Shown: positions 34,400 to 50,967, counted from the stretch's first letter. The stretch is DNA of 64,000 nt from the human T2T-CHM13v2.0 reference genome, Homo sapiens (GCF_009914755.1 NC_060934.1); one strand, 5' to 3'. Translations and numbers: made by a program. Notes: generated by a model from the letters alone, not told the origin.

Positions 34400-35215
34400 T
34401 TCTCTTTTTTTAAAAATGAAATAACAGCTTCATTAAGATAGAATTTGCATACCATATAGTTCACACATTTAAAGTGTATCATTCAGTGGTTTTTAGTATA
34501 TTCATAAATACATACACTAATCACTGTAGTCAATTTTAGAGCTTTCATCACCCCAAAAATAAACCCTGCACAACCTGGCTTTTCCTTTTTATCCTTGAGT
34601 ATCCTCTACCCCTCAGCAATAAGCAACCACTTATCTATTTTCGGTCTCTATAGATTTCCTTATTCTAGGATTTTATATGAAATGGACATATTAAGCATGT
34701 ATTCTTTATTGTGACTGGCTTCCTTCACTTAACATGATGTTTTCAAAGTTTATCCATGTTGCAGCATGTTACCAGAACTTCATTCTTTTTTATGGATGAA
34801 TAATATTTTATATTATTCCTTCATATAAAATATTTTATATTATTAATTCATATATATTTTGTTTATCCATACATTAACACGTAGACATATAGTTTGTTTC
34901 CAGATTTTGGCTAATAGGAATAATTCTGCCATAAACACTTGCGTATGGCATGTCTTCATTTCTCTTGGGTACATCTCCGAGAGTGGACTTGCTGGATCCT
35001 ATGGTAACTCTATGTTTAATCATTTGAGGAAGTGCCAGACTGATTTCCAAAGGAGCTTGCACCATTTTATATTCCCACCAGCGGTGTATTAGGGTCCAGT
35101 TTCTCCAAATATTTTTCAACACTTAGCTGAGTTTTTGGTTCTAGCTATCCTAGTAGATGTGAAGTGGTATCCCATTGTGATTTTGATTTGCATTTTCATG
35201 ACGACTCATGATGGT
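34400..35215 (-). mobile_element. L1MB-like 3' end
   Basis: TTAAAGTGTATCATTCAGTGGTTTTTAGTATATTCA, TTCATCACCCCAAAA, and ORF2-end remnants. Confidence 0.85.
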
Positions 35216-35549
35216 GTTACATGATCTTTAATGATCATAGGATAAAAAGAAATAATTTTCTTAATAGAATATATTAATTATTTATGTACATGGACCCAAG
35301 GGAATGTTATCTTATATGCCTTCATGAAGAAGTCTGTAACACTTGTATAGTCAATGGAATAATATATTCCACAGGGTAAAGTGCAGTTAATAAATGATTC
35401 TGTGTCAGAATTAGGGGATGTGAAGCCCTGCAAGAATAATTAAGCTTTACAGCTGTGTTTTATAATCAGCGCTACCGAATATTTCCTTCATGCTGTTGAT
35501 TAAGGAGACATAGCTGTTGAATAAGCATATGTTTTCTCTGAGGCACAGC

Positions 35550-35556
35550 TACTAAC
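35550..35556 (+). promoter_or_regulatory. Consensus branch-point TACTAAC (also a QKI/SF1-type ACUAAC motif)
   Basis: Perfect TACTAAC with branch A at 35555, 32 nt upstream of the acceptor AG ending at 35587. Confidence 0.65.
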
Positions 35557-35587
35557 AGCTGAGGTTCACCTTTATTTGTCCTTATAG

Positions 35588-35607
35588 GTGTGCTCATCTT
35601 ACCAAAG
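35588..35607 (+). other. Candidate 20-nt microexon GTGTGCTCATCTTACCAAAG
   Basis: TACTAAC branch point, pyrimidine tract TTCACCTTTATTTGTCCTTATAG|G and ideal donor AAG|GTAAGT, inside more than 1 kb of repeat-free sequence. Confidence 0.7.
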
Positions 35608-36532
35608 GTAAGTCAACAGTCTGTTTACTCTGATTGTTCTGCTTGAAATTAGCAGGAAACAATTTAAGGCTCCTCTGAAGAGCTCATTCTAAAGAGTGCA
35701 ATTTCTACTTTTTCTTTGCAGAAATCCTGTGTTATCAGCTGGCCCTGCAAAGATAATGAATCCTGTCTTTTGCTGAATGTTCACCCCATTAGAAACTCAG
35801 TTTCACTCTGCTTTTATCCACTTTAGACCCTATGTTGATCTTTCTGGTTCTTTACAGTTGGGTTGAAAATAATAACAGACAAAAGCCCTACGGAGTCTTC
35901 ATTCCCTCAGGTGTTTTTGCTGCTGGGACACAAATAGCACAATTTTTCTTTGTCCTTTTCCCAAAATTGCAGCAGAGCAAGCTGAAACTGTGATATTATT
36001 AAGAAAAAAGTGCTCTCCTTTTCTTTCAAATTAAACCCTGTGGTTCTGAATTAGTCCCTGGAGGTGGTTGAATAGGGATAGTACATCTGTTCAAAAATTA
36101 GATGCTTTCCAGTTAATAAGACTGCATTGGATGCTATATTATTCTCTTGTCAGAACATTATAAATTATTTCATAATTTTGAAAGTATTGCAGGAAGTTGT
36201 AATAAAACTTTGCTGTTCTCATTAGCAACTCTTTGTTACCAACAGTCTTCTCTAGCTTTGAGGACTTAATTTTTTTGATGACTTATTTAACGTGCTCCAG
36301 ATTCTCTGAGTTTGGCAAAGAAAACTTTCAATTAGAAAAATAATTAACTGCCCTCTTTGTGAAATTGATGGGTCTCAATCACTGTATGGTGAATTTTTAC
36401 CAAATGGAAGAAACGAATTCAGCAATATAGAAAAATCTTGTTAGATAACCTCAGCAGATATTATGAGATAACCAGGCAAAATTATTCTAATTACCTTATC
36501 ATAGAACATATACATAATTTTACTACATCTTC

Positions 36533-36701
<169 letters not shown>

Positions 36702-37125
36702 TAACAATGAACTTGCAAGTAGTGGGGAATTAAATTTAATGGAAATTAGATTAAAATTTGTGGATCTCCATGGCAGTACAGTGAGTGAAAAAGTAAATTT
36801 GGCTTGGGTAATAGGGAGAAACTGAGAAAGAAAAGTAGATTTACTTCCTAAATATTTTAATATCCAGTAACAGCAAAGCTGCTAATTAAATATGTCAGGA
36901 ATAATAAACATGAACCAATTCAAATCACTTCCCAGAAAGTCTCACTTTCACTGCAGATTTGATTAAATCTCATTTGTCTTGTCCCAGCAGCTTAGCAGAA
37001 TAAGGTAAAATATGGAAAGGAGGATTTTGGGGTGCCAGAGGAGCCATTTCCACCGGTGCCTTTAGCTCTAATTTATTATAATTTAATCAGTTAATATGCC
37101 CTGGGCTCTGACCCTCCTCAGTTAT

Positions 37126-38020
37126 CAAGACGGGCTTCATGGACATGCAACCAGTGCAGCTCACAGCACTTAGAGCTTAATGCTATATGAGTCTATTTTA
37201 ACACTGCTATAAAGATACTACCTGAGACTGAGTAATTTATAAGCAAAAGAGGTTTAACTGACTCACAGTTTTGTATGGCTGAGAGGCCTCAGGAAACTTA
37301 CAATCATGGTGGAAGGCGAATGGGAAGCAAGGCACTTCTTACCTGGCAGCAGGAGATGGGGGCAGGAAGCACCAGACACTTATCAAACAACCAGAGCTCA
37401 TGAGAACTCACTTGCTATAATGAGAACAGCATGGGGGAAACCACCACCATGATCCAATCACCTCCCACCAGGTCCATCCCTCAACATGTGGGGATTGGAA
37501 TTTGGATTACAATTTGAGTTGAGATTTTGGTGAGGATGCAGCCAAATCATACCAAATGCTCTACATGCAATTGTTGTCCTGAAATTCGGAACAATTTAAT
37601 ATTTCCATTTGTGCTATGCAAGTGAAATCTGACAACTGGGACAACTGAGTATGGGCTAGGGGCTCGGAGCCTCAGTCCATGTGGGATTGCAGCTCCTGCC
37701 TCCTCCACACCTCCTAGGATGGATTCTCAGGCACCTGCTCCCCTGCCCCTCCCAACACCACCTGTGACCTATACCCCCACTCCAAGTAGGATCTGGATAT
37801 GTGTCAGAGGTTAAAGTTGGACTTATACAACATTAAATAGCAAGCAAAAAAACAAAACAAAACAAAACAAAAACTCGAAAACCCACTGTGGCAGGTCAAG
37901 AGACAAAACTTGGGAAGAAGGGAGAAAGCTTTTTGTCAGTGCTGCAAACAAGGGGCCCTTGTTTGAAATGTAGGCATTTTCATTTTGCTCTGAGCCTTGC
38001 AAATTATGCAGCTGGCCCTG
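37126..38020 (+). mobile_element. hAT-Tip100 relic (MER91A/Zaphod-like) split by a MaLR LTR
   Basis: GGCTTCATGGACATGCAACCAGTGCAG start and AACAAGGGGCCC...GCATTTTCATTTTGCTCTGAGCCTTGCAAATTATGCAGCTGGCCCTG end resemble MER91A termini. Confidence 0.65.
37184..37554 (-). mobile_element. MST/THE1D-like MaLR solo LTR
   Basis: GAGGCCTCAGGAAACTTACAATCATGG and CAATCACCTCCCACCAGG. Perfect 5-bp TSD AATGC at 37179-37183 and 37555-37559. Confidence 0.93.
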
Positions 38021-39892
38021 TCTGTTAATCAGTGATGCTCCCTGTCTTCTCCTTGCTATCAGGTTATTTTCTTTTGAAATGAGTGGATAGAATAAAAATA
38101 TCCTCACATTTTCCTTGTTTCCTTTTCCCCATGCATCTGAGTGCTTCTACTGTGATTTTCACTGTTCAGATCCACCCTGGAGGCACAAGAGCTGTAATGA
38201 TGCTTTCTTACAAAGACCATTGTCCTGAGTGCTTCAGGGATTAATGTCTCTTTGAAAGAGCCAATTGTTTTTTTTTTTTTTTTTTTTAATTCCAGGTGAT
38301 CTAAGAAACTAGTATGGAAAATATTTTTGTTATGTTTGTAATGCCCCATACTTATTTTTGTTATTGTCTGTACTGATTAGCAACATAATCTTACAGTCAA
38401 AATCATGCCACTGGAAGCATAACAGAAAGGTCACTCATTGGTTTTCCTATAGTTTTTTTAAATCGGACTAGCTCCACTCAGGTGGGTGTGCCCTAAGATG
38501 AATTGTATTTGGAGGAACTGAAGACTGCTGAACATTTTACTCCTTTCTTGTACCATAAAGTAAAAACCAGCCATGCTGCCCTAAAGATCACTCAGAAAAT
38601 ACTTTCTTTCAGGCATTTATCTAGTCCTATATATTGATATACTGTAGGACATATTTTTTCTAATATGGTAGTGATTAGAATTTCATTACTTTTGTTGTTT
38701 ACAGAGAGTCAACACCGCCTATGCCAAGTTAAAATAGGTAGTGGCTTAAACAAAATTGAGTAGATATACTGAGCATCAAACTGAACGAAGTGGAAAGCTG
38801 ATGTCAGGAGATAATTTCAGACTTTCTCTAGACTCCATTCTCCTTCTCTGCACCTCCCAGGAGAATATGCCTACAGCTCTCTAATGTCTTGCATTCCTTT
38901 ATAGATACGACCTTCCCATGTTAACTTTGTAATGTTTGTGCGGTCTATCGAAGTTTCTTGCAAACTACTATCTATACACTCTCATTGCTTCCTGAAGTTA
39001 ATCCCCCCTAAAAGGGATATAGACAACTGGAAAGTGCTACAGACACCAAACTTCCCCAGGGGAGCCTCGGCATACATCAGTCCACTGAAGGCTCTCAGTA
39101 GGCTTGGAATAAAATTGGTATTTAACCCTGGATTTTCCAAACTGATTTTATCATGAGGCATATTTTTTTCTCATTATTATCTGTTAACATTTTGGGGTCA
39201 AAGCAATCCGTGGCAAACCTTTTGGTAATTTCCAGTATAGATAGTTAGAACTAGTTGCAGAGGGTGGGGGAGGGATTCTGGCCTTTAACCAGTTTTATTT
39301 CGATTGTTGTAAAGATATATATGAATTCAGTGACTGGTGTCAGAAATGCGACAGAATATATTTCTGATGCTTTAAGTTTATGGTAATTGTAGCAGCCATA
39401 GGAATCTAATCTAGCAAGTAAAGAGAATAATAGTTAAACTTTTCAAAGTTTTCATCACTGATCTAGGCTTGAGACCATTTTTCTTGCTTCCACAAAACTG
39501 GAAAATCAAGGTATCTTTAGCATTTCTTCAGATTCAGCCTGCAGACTCAGATCTATTTTAGCTATGTTATTTTAGGATTTCTTAGGAGGCCATGGTTACA
39601 GGAGGAAACATACATGAGAGGGTGGAACTTGGAGCCAGTAATAGGAAGAATTGCAGTGGTGTTCAAGGTGAAAGAGTGGATAGCGATTATGAAGTTGATA
39701 TACTACCTTGTCAGCCAATTATGTTGAGAGGTTCCCTCAAATTTGAGGCAACTCTGGCCACGTAGTCTAGGGAGAGCAAAATCAAAAGGGAAGATTGTTT
39801 TTTATCACAGATACATATTGTTTGTTTCATGGAATCTGTCTTGAATATAAGGTTAGAGTCAATTGGGATCAGGTGGAGATAAAATGTACTTT

Positions 39893-40189
39893 ATTTATTT
39901 ATTTTTTTTATTTTTGAGATGGGGTCTTGCTCAGACTGGAGTACAGTGGCACCATCATGCCTCACAGCAGCCTTGAGCTCCCAGGCTCAAGTGATCCTCC
40001 AACCTCAGTCACCTGAGTAGCTGGGACCACAGGTGCACACTGCCATGCCTGGTTAATTTTTGTATTTTTTGTAGAAACAGGATTTTCCCATGCTTCCCAA
40101 GCTGGTCTCAAACTCCTGGGCTCAAACAATCTGCCTGACTCAACCACCCAAAGCACTGGGATTACAGGTGTGAGCCACTGTACTCAGCC
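39893..40189 (-). mobile_element. AluJ
   Basis: GGCTCAAGTGATCCTCC and CTCCTGGGCTCAA. TSD AAATGTACTTT at 39882-39892 and 40193-40203. Confidence 0.95.
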
Positions 40190-41821
40190 ACTAAATGTAC
40201 TTTTATATCTATACAAACAAAGATGGATAAAATCATCCATCTATCTATCTAGCCATCTGCCTGTCATCTACATCTATCAATGTATGTTTTAACATTTTGT
40301 TTGAATTATGACAGTGTCATTATTAACTTTTATATCACTGCAAAAGAAGTAAATAATCAGGTAAATTAGTTCAATAAGGGCCCTAACTGAAGACTGAAAG
40401 GATAACAAAAAGAAAAGAAAAGAAAAGAAAAGTATCTTACTGTCTTTTAGCAGAAATTTGCACTGTATGAAAGCAAATATGGACATATTCAAATTGGTGC
40501 TGAATAAATATGAGAAGGCTAGAATGTCCTGGCTCAGAAAAACTATCTCTACAGTCACAACCATATAATGATATTTAAATTTTATTTATTTCTAAGCTCC
40601 CATTCACAGCACAAAGCTCCTGCTTATAATGCTATACCATTGAGTAAGAGCAAAATCTTCATTTCAAAATCGAAAAGGTTTAGCGAGGCTCAACTGAATG
40701 GATGTGTGCATAAAATGGTATTTTTCCCGGGGAGGTGAGATTTTGATAATACTAAAGCCTCTCCCCTGACTGAATTGGCCACAAGGAGGAATCCATCCCT
40801 GTATAATGAGGCCAGGGATGGTCTAGCATTTCTGGAATGAAGCCCCTTGGAACTGCCATGCTGATTTTATCACACATGAGTACAGCAACCAGTTGTTGAC
40901 ACTGGGTTCTGTTGCACAGACAGAACTGGGAATGCTGGCCAGCGGTGGATTGAAATGGAAATGAGAAACCTTCTGTGCTCCACTGGCTCAAAACTACCTG
41001 CTCTTGTCCTAGCATGCAGGTTGCCCCTAGTATTACCCCATCCCTTCACTGTCCTTGTCCTACAGCCTCAGTCTTATCTAAAATACCTGAAGTTTGTGAT
41101 TTAGACACACACTGAGTATTCTGGTTCTGACCCAGGCTGAGTTTCCTGGAGTAATTCTTCACCTGTCATTAGCGGCTTTCAGTCTCTTCCCCTGGTTTGC
41201 TTATAATTCTTGATGATACTCATCACTGTTATTATTTTTTTTTCATTTTAGTGTGTCACTCAAGCTTCAAATCCTGATAATTGGGAACTCAGCATATGGC
41301 GGACTCGAAGGGATCATACTTTTTTCTGTCTTTCTCATCAAATATTAAGCTCAATTATCTTTCCCCCATCATCAGCAATTATATAGGTTTGCATAAATTT
41401 ACATTGCCGCAGCAGTCATATTGCCCAACTGAATTTCTGGCAAGTATAAATGTTATTGTCAGAGGCAATTTATAGTGCAAGTCAAACAGACATCCTCCTC
41501 CACCCAAATCTCTTTCCCCTCGACTCCTGGAAGCATAATTAAGAGAAATGTAGAAAGCTGCGTGTGAGAAACATGGAAATATAGCTGCTGTGTTAAAGGA
41601 AGAGAGAATGAACGAACTAAAATAATTATTCCTAACTACCCTTCCTTGGAGTGTTGTGTGTGTGGGTGACAAAGATGGAAATTGGAAAGAGAATTCCCTG
41701 TTTTCCTATATATTTGGGTCAATTCAGTTAAAAATTCTTTCTAAAAACAGACATCATTTATTAATAATGCAACTTAACTCTGTGCGAGGCAGTAGGGATA
41801 CACTAAAGAGTAAGACAAAAC

Positions 41822-42140
41822 GGCTGGACATGTTGGCTCATGCCTGTAATCCTAGCACTTTGGGAAGCCGAGGTGGGAAGATTGCTTGAGCCCAGGAGGT
41901 CAAGATCAGGATGGGCAGCAAAGAGAGCTCCCATTTCTACAAAATAATAAAAAGATTAGCTGAACCTGGTAGCGCACTCCTGTAGTCCCAGCTACTTGAT
42001 GTGGGAGGATCTCTTGAGCCCAGGAAGTAGAGGCTGCAGTGCCACGATCGTACCACTGTACTTCAGCCTGGGTGACAAAGCCGGACTCTGTCTCAAAAAA
42101 TGAAAAAAAGAGAAAAAAAAGAAAAAGGAAAAAAGAAAAA
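41822..42140 (+). mobile_element. AluJ
   Basis: GCTTGAGCCCAGGAG-type motif in both arms, GAGGCTGCAGTG, compound A tail. Confidence 0.94.
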
Positions 42141-43478
42141 TCTTGCTTGGAAGGGGCTGGTTGTGTGATTGTTCATTCATTTTGGTTTTGGTGAATTCTC
42201 TCCCTTGTATTTGATGGGACAGATTATGGGTTCCATAATAACTTAGATGAAGACCATTCTGGGACTTTGAAAATAATTCTACAGTCCCAAATAATTAAAG
42301 AAAGAATGGCCTAATACTTATTCATTTTCTATTTTGGAGATAGTTTCAGAGAAAAATGGACAATGGTCATCCCCTAAGGTTTTGGTCTACTTATCCTAGG
42401 AGATGCTGGGGTTTTTGGTATTCATTGGGTGTATAGTATGGACAATACATTTGATAGTTGGTAAGATAATGGAAACGATGCTCTTCAATTATTAAACTCT
42501 GAAAGTTAGACAGCACTTTAATGGGACCTTTATTCTAAGGAAAAAAATTTCCCCTCTGGATATTATTTTTCAGCATAGTTCCTTCACTCTCTATGCTTGT
42601 TTAATGACTGCTGCTTAAAATTCTTTCATTTCTTATATATTTAGTGGGACAAATGGAGAGAATAATGGTCAGAATAGAAATAATAATCTTTTCCTGTTTC
42701 ACACTGTTCTTTCTTTTGGGAACAATCACAAATTGTGTTTGAAAGCAGAATGTTCATCCTTTGAAGAAATACTGGGCTTGAAAACCATCAGAGTAAAACT
42801 GCGTTTTTCTCAAGGAAAATGACTAACTGTCTCCTGCTCTAACATTGCCTAGAAAATGCCATTATAGTTTAAAGTAAATAGCAAGTACATGCATTCGAAT
42901 AACTCCTGTGGGTAGGTGGCATTTACTCTCCAAGCTGAACCCAAATAAAGTTTTCTTTATGGATTTCTAATTTTATAATGTTCTTGAACTCTTATCTTTT
43001 AATGGGTATTATTCAGAAAGCAAAAACAATAACACGGGTAATTAGATACATTTTGAGGTGGAATATTAAGTATTTCACTCAGGAGGGATTTTATTTAATT
43101 AAATTGACTCATCATGAAGACTTGAAGCAATCAATTTTATTTTTACAGGGAGTACATTCTTGTTGTTAGAAATCACCTTAATATAGACCCTTCACAAGTC
43201 AGAGAAATTTACCTTTTAGCTTTATAAGACACACGAACTATGCTTGTAAGCAGGAATAGTGTGGTATCCCAGGTACATGTTTTATACCTGCATTATTGAA
43301 CAGTAATTATTTGGTGATTTTAATTTCCATCATGAGTTGAAGCAAAACTTTTGATTTTATTAGGAAGTGAGCTATTATGATGCAACAAGTTATTATAGGA
43401 TATTATGGCAATTGTTTTTTATGTAATGCATTAGGGGTTAAATAAAAAAAGAGTGGATATTAGAAAATTCCAGTTAGA

Positions 43479-43569
43479 GGGAGGCGGAGGTTGCAGTGAG
43501 CTGAAATCACACCACTGCATTCCAGTCTGGGCAACAGAGTGAGACCCTGTCTCAAAAAAAAAAAAAAAA
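43479..43569 (+). mobile_element. 5'-truncated Alu (3' end of right arm)
   Basis: GGAGGCGGAGGTTGCAGTGAG ... GTCTC plus poly-A. Degenerate TSD. Confidence 0.9.
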
Positions 43570-43624
43570 CATCTGGTTAAAGATATTGGATTAAATGGAG
43601 ACTGAAACTTCCTGTCACCCTTTA

Positions 43625-43790
43625 AAAACAAAATCACTTCACTGAGTATGATGGGCATGTAAAAAGCTGTACATATTTAATGTATACACCATGATGAGAT
43701 TGGAGATAAGTGTACACCTGTGAAACCATCACCACAATCAATGCTGTAAACTTTTCAGTCATCTCCAAAGACTTCCTCCTTCCCATCCTT
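43625..43790 (-). mobile_element. L1MC-like extreme 3' end
   Basis: AAAAAGCTGTACATATTTAATGTATAC ... ACACCTGTGAAACCATCACCACAATCAA. Confidence 0.7.
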
Positions 43791-43917
43791 CCTCTCCGCT
43801 CCCATCCTCCCTCACTGTCGCTCCCTCCCTCCCTTCCTCCATTCCTCCATTCCTCCATTCCTCCCTTCCTTTCTCTTTTCCCTCCCCTCCCCTCCTCCTC
43901 CCTCCCCCTCTCCCTCT
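43785..43917. repeat. Polypyrimidine (CT/CCT-rich) tract including (TTCCTCCA)3
   Basis: About 130 bp almost free of purines on the + strand. Confidence 0.9.
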
Positions 43918-44152
43918 CATGGACACAAGGCGGGGAACATCACACAATGGGGCCTGTTGGTGGGGGGTGGGGGGCTGGGGGAGGGATAGCATTAGGAGAA
44001 ATACCTAATGCAAATGACAAGTTGATGGGTGCAGCAAACCAACATGGCACATGTATACCTATGTAACGAACATGCATGTTGTGCACATGTACCCTAGAAC
44101 TTAAAGTATAATTTAAAAAAAAGCAAAAATAAGAAAAAAAATAAGAAAAAAA
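43918..44152 (+). mobile_element. L1PA (PA6/7-like) 3'UTR fragment
   Basis: CATGGACAC..GGGGAACATCACAC, G-rich tract, GTACCCTAGAACTTAAAGTATAAT, A tail. No TSD visible. Confidence 0.92.
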
Positions 44153-45601
44153 TTATATTCTTAAGAAAAATACTTGTGACATGTTATCAAAGAAATGAAT
44201 TAGACTACATGAATATATTCTAAGAATAATTATTCTGATTTTTAAGCGTTTAGATACTATAAATATTTTTATACTATTTTTCATGAATATATGCTAATTG
44301 TATTTTTATAAATCTTTTTTTGAAAATAGGTTTTGAAAGGAGCTATTTCATAGGTTTACCATCATAATGAAACAATTCATCAGATGGTTTTAATAACTAC
44401 ACAATTATAATAATTGTAGCACCACCTTTTATTCACCAAAATGTCCAAGTTGGTACTGTAATTGTACAGTTACCCTACTAATGCAAAAGCCAAATAAAAA
44501 GAAAGTAAAAGACAATAAAAGAGGAAAAGAGAGCCAAAATTTGAAGAAGATGGAAAAATTTGGGCACATTAAAACCTGAAAACATTTAGCAAAAGAAGGT
44601 ATCATAAAGTTGAAAACAACTGGTAGTCTTGGGAGGACACTATGTGCAACATATATCACAGACAGCCTATGTATCAAAAGAAGAATATGAACAGCATATA
44701 CAGCATATATAACACATATGATATATGAAAACTCCTTTTGCTGGCAAGCAAAAGACCAGCAACCTAATATAAAAACAAAATGAACCAGAACACAAACAGC
44801 CAATTCACATAGGGAAAAAGTGGAAGAATATCTTCATTGCTTTCAAGTTTTGACAATTATGAATAACATTGCTATAACATTCCTGTACAATTTTTTTGTG
44901 TGTACAAACATTTTTAATCTATTTAAGTAAATACCTAGGAGGACAGTTTCTAAATTGTATGGTAAAACTATGTTTAACTTTGTAAGAATTTCCAGATTCT
45001 GCCCATCAGCAAAGAATGAGAATCCACGTTACTCTGTGTCCTCACCAACACTTGGCATTGTCAGTGTGTTGGATTTTAGTAATTTTAATAGATGTGTAGA
45101 AGTACTACAAATTTATTTTCAGTTTTCTAATGACAGATGATGTTGAGCATCTTTTCCTGTGCTTATTTGCCATTTTTATAACTTCCTTGGTCAGGTCTGT
45201 TCAGATCTTTTCTATGTTTATTAACTGGGTTTTTTTTAAATTGTTGAGTTTTATTTTTGGAGTTTATTTATTGGAGTTTTAGAGTTTATTTTGGAGTTTA
45301 TTTGTTGAGTTTATTTTTGGAGTTCCTTGTATATTTTGTATACCAATCCTTTATCAGATATATATTTTGTAATATTTCTTTCCCCTCTGTGGTTTATCTT
45401 TTCACCATCTTGGAAGTGTCTTTTGTAGAGTGAAAATTTTCGTTTTCATAAAGTGCAACATGCACATTTTTTTTTCTCATGGATCATGCTTTTGGTGTTG
45501 AATTTAAGAAGTCATCACCATACCCAAGTCACTTAGATTTTATCCTATGGTATCTCTTAGGAGTTTTTAATGTTTTACCTTTAGGTCTGTGATTCATTTT
45601 G

Positions 45602-46716
45602 TTTTGGGATAACCTGCCCCCAATATTTCAACATAGGTTCTTTCTATTTTCCATGAGTGTTGGCTGGCTGAGAAATAAAGAGAGACAGTACAAAGAGAGG
45701 AATTTTACAGCTGGGCTGCCAGGGGTGACATCATATATTGGTAGGACCATGATGTCCACTTGAGCCTCAAACCAGCAAGTTTTTTATTAAGGGTTTCAAA
45801 AGGGGAGGGGGTGTAAGAACAGAGAGTAGGTACAAAGATCACATGCTTCAAAGGGCAAAAAGCAGAACAAAGATTACATGCTTCTGAGGGAACAGGACAA
45901 AGGGCAAAGCAGAACTACTGATAAGGGTCCAACAAAGATCACAAGGCAAAGGGCAAAAGCAGAACTACTAATAAGGGTCCAACAAAGATCACAAAGCAAA
46001 GGGCAAAAGCAGAACTACTGATAAGGGTCTATGTTCAGCGGTGCAAGTATTGTCTTGATAAACATCTTGAATAACAGAAAACAGGATTCGAGAGTAGAAA
46101 AGTCATCTGACCACAGATTTACCAGGGTGGAGTTTTTCCCCACCCTAGTAAGCCTGAGGGTACTGCAGGAGACCAGGGTGTATCTCAGTCCTTATCTCTA
46201 CCGTATAAGACAGACACTCCCAGAGCGGCCGTTTATAGACCTCCCCCCAGGAATGCATTCCTTTCCCAGGGTATTAATATTAATATTCCTTGCTAGGAAA
46301 AGAATTTAGTGACATGTCTCCTACTTGCACATCCATTTATGGGCTCTCTGCAAGAAAAATATGGCTCTTTTGCCTGACCCCACAGGCAGTCAGACCTTAT
46401 GGTTGTCTTCCCTTGTTCCCTAAAAATCGCTGTTATTCTGTTCTTTTTCAACGTGCACTGATTTCATATTGTTCAAACACACATGTTTTACAATCCATTT
46501 GTACAGTTAACACAATTATCTCAGTGGTCCTGAGGTGACATACATCCTCAGCTTACAAAGATAACAGGATTAAGAGATTAAAGTAAAGACAGGCATAAGA
46601 AATTATAAAAGTATTATTTGGGAACTGATAAATGTCCATGAAATCTTCACAATTTGTGTTGCTCTGCCGCGGCTCCAGCAGGTCCCTCCATTTGGGGTCC
46701 CTGACTTCCTGCAACA
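45602..46716 (-). mobile_element. MER11 (ERVK/HML-8) solo LTR
   Basis: Reverse complement starts TGTTGCAGGAAGTCAGGGACCCC. About 1115 bp. Perfect 6-bp TSD ATTTTG at 45596-45601 and 46717-46722. Internal 50-bp tandem units. Confidence 0.95.
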
Positions 46717-46835
46717 ATTTTGAGTTAATTTTTATGAAAGTTTTAAGGTCTGTGTCTATATTTATGATTTTGCATGTAGATATCCACTTGTTGCAGTACC
46801 ATTTGTTGAAAAGACTGTCTTTCAACGAAAGATAG

Positions 46836-50295
<3,460 letters not shown>

Positions 50296-50790
50296 TTTAC
50301 TTTTAGCTTTTTTTTTTTAAGATGAGAAAGATACCACTTGTAATTCTTTAGGTAAATTGTGTCTGTGTTCATGCACACTAGACTCATATTGTGTGATTTC
50401 TCTAAGGACAACATTGCAAATTTTTGTTACTCTTCTTATCCAAATTAACTCTGTGGAGTCACAGGAAGTACATACTTTTTGAAAACTTTAAAAGGAGATA
50501 GAATTTTATCTCACTTCCATGTCCTAACTTTGTTCATGTAACTATTTCATCTGTGGCTATACTGATGCCACCTAACTTGAAAAGGAAATGAAAAGTAGGC
50601 ATTCACAACATGATGATTTGCCAATCAAGCCTATTTTTAGTAGTCAGTAAAAATTCCTGACTGAATATCTAATTTAACAAAAAGCAAATGAGCTATGAAG
50701 ATTGCTGAGAACAGGTAGTTTAAAATTATCAGTCATAATTGGCTTCTAGTGTCTCTCTTAATGTAACAATCCTATTCTGTCATTTTATAA

Positions 50791-50967
50791 TAGTGGTTCT
50801 CAAACTTTAGTATACGTCATCTTCAACTAAGCAGTTTGTTAAAGCACAGATTGTTTGACTTCATTTCTAGAATTTATGATTTATGGAATAGTGTATGGGT
50901 TGGATAATTTGCATATCTAACCGGTTCCCAGGTGATGCTGGTCTGGGACCACAGTTTAAGATCTACT
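50791..50967. mobile_element. MER5A-like hAT relic
   Basis: AGTGGTTCTCAAACTTTAG ... TTTGCATATCTAAC..GTTCCCAGGTGATGCTG..GGGACCACAGTTT. Confidence 0.7.

Noticed and set aside
45898-46029. CRISPR-like array in the 50-bp repeats
   Set aside because: Head-to-tail units with no unique spacers, inside an ERVK LTR in primate DNA.
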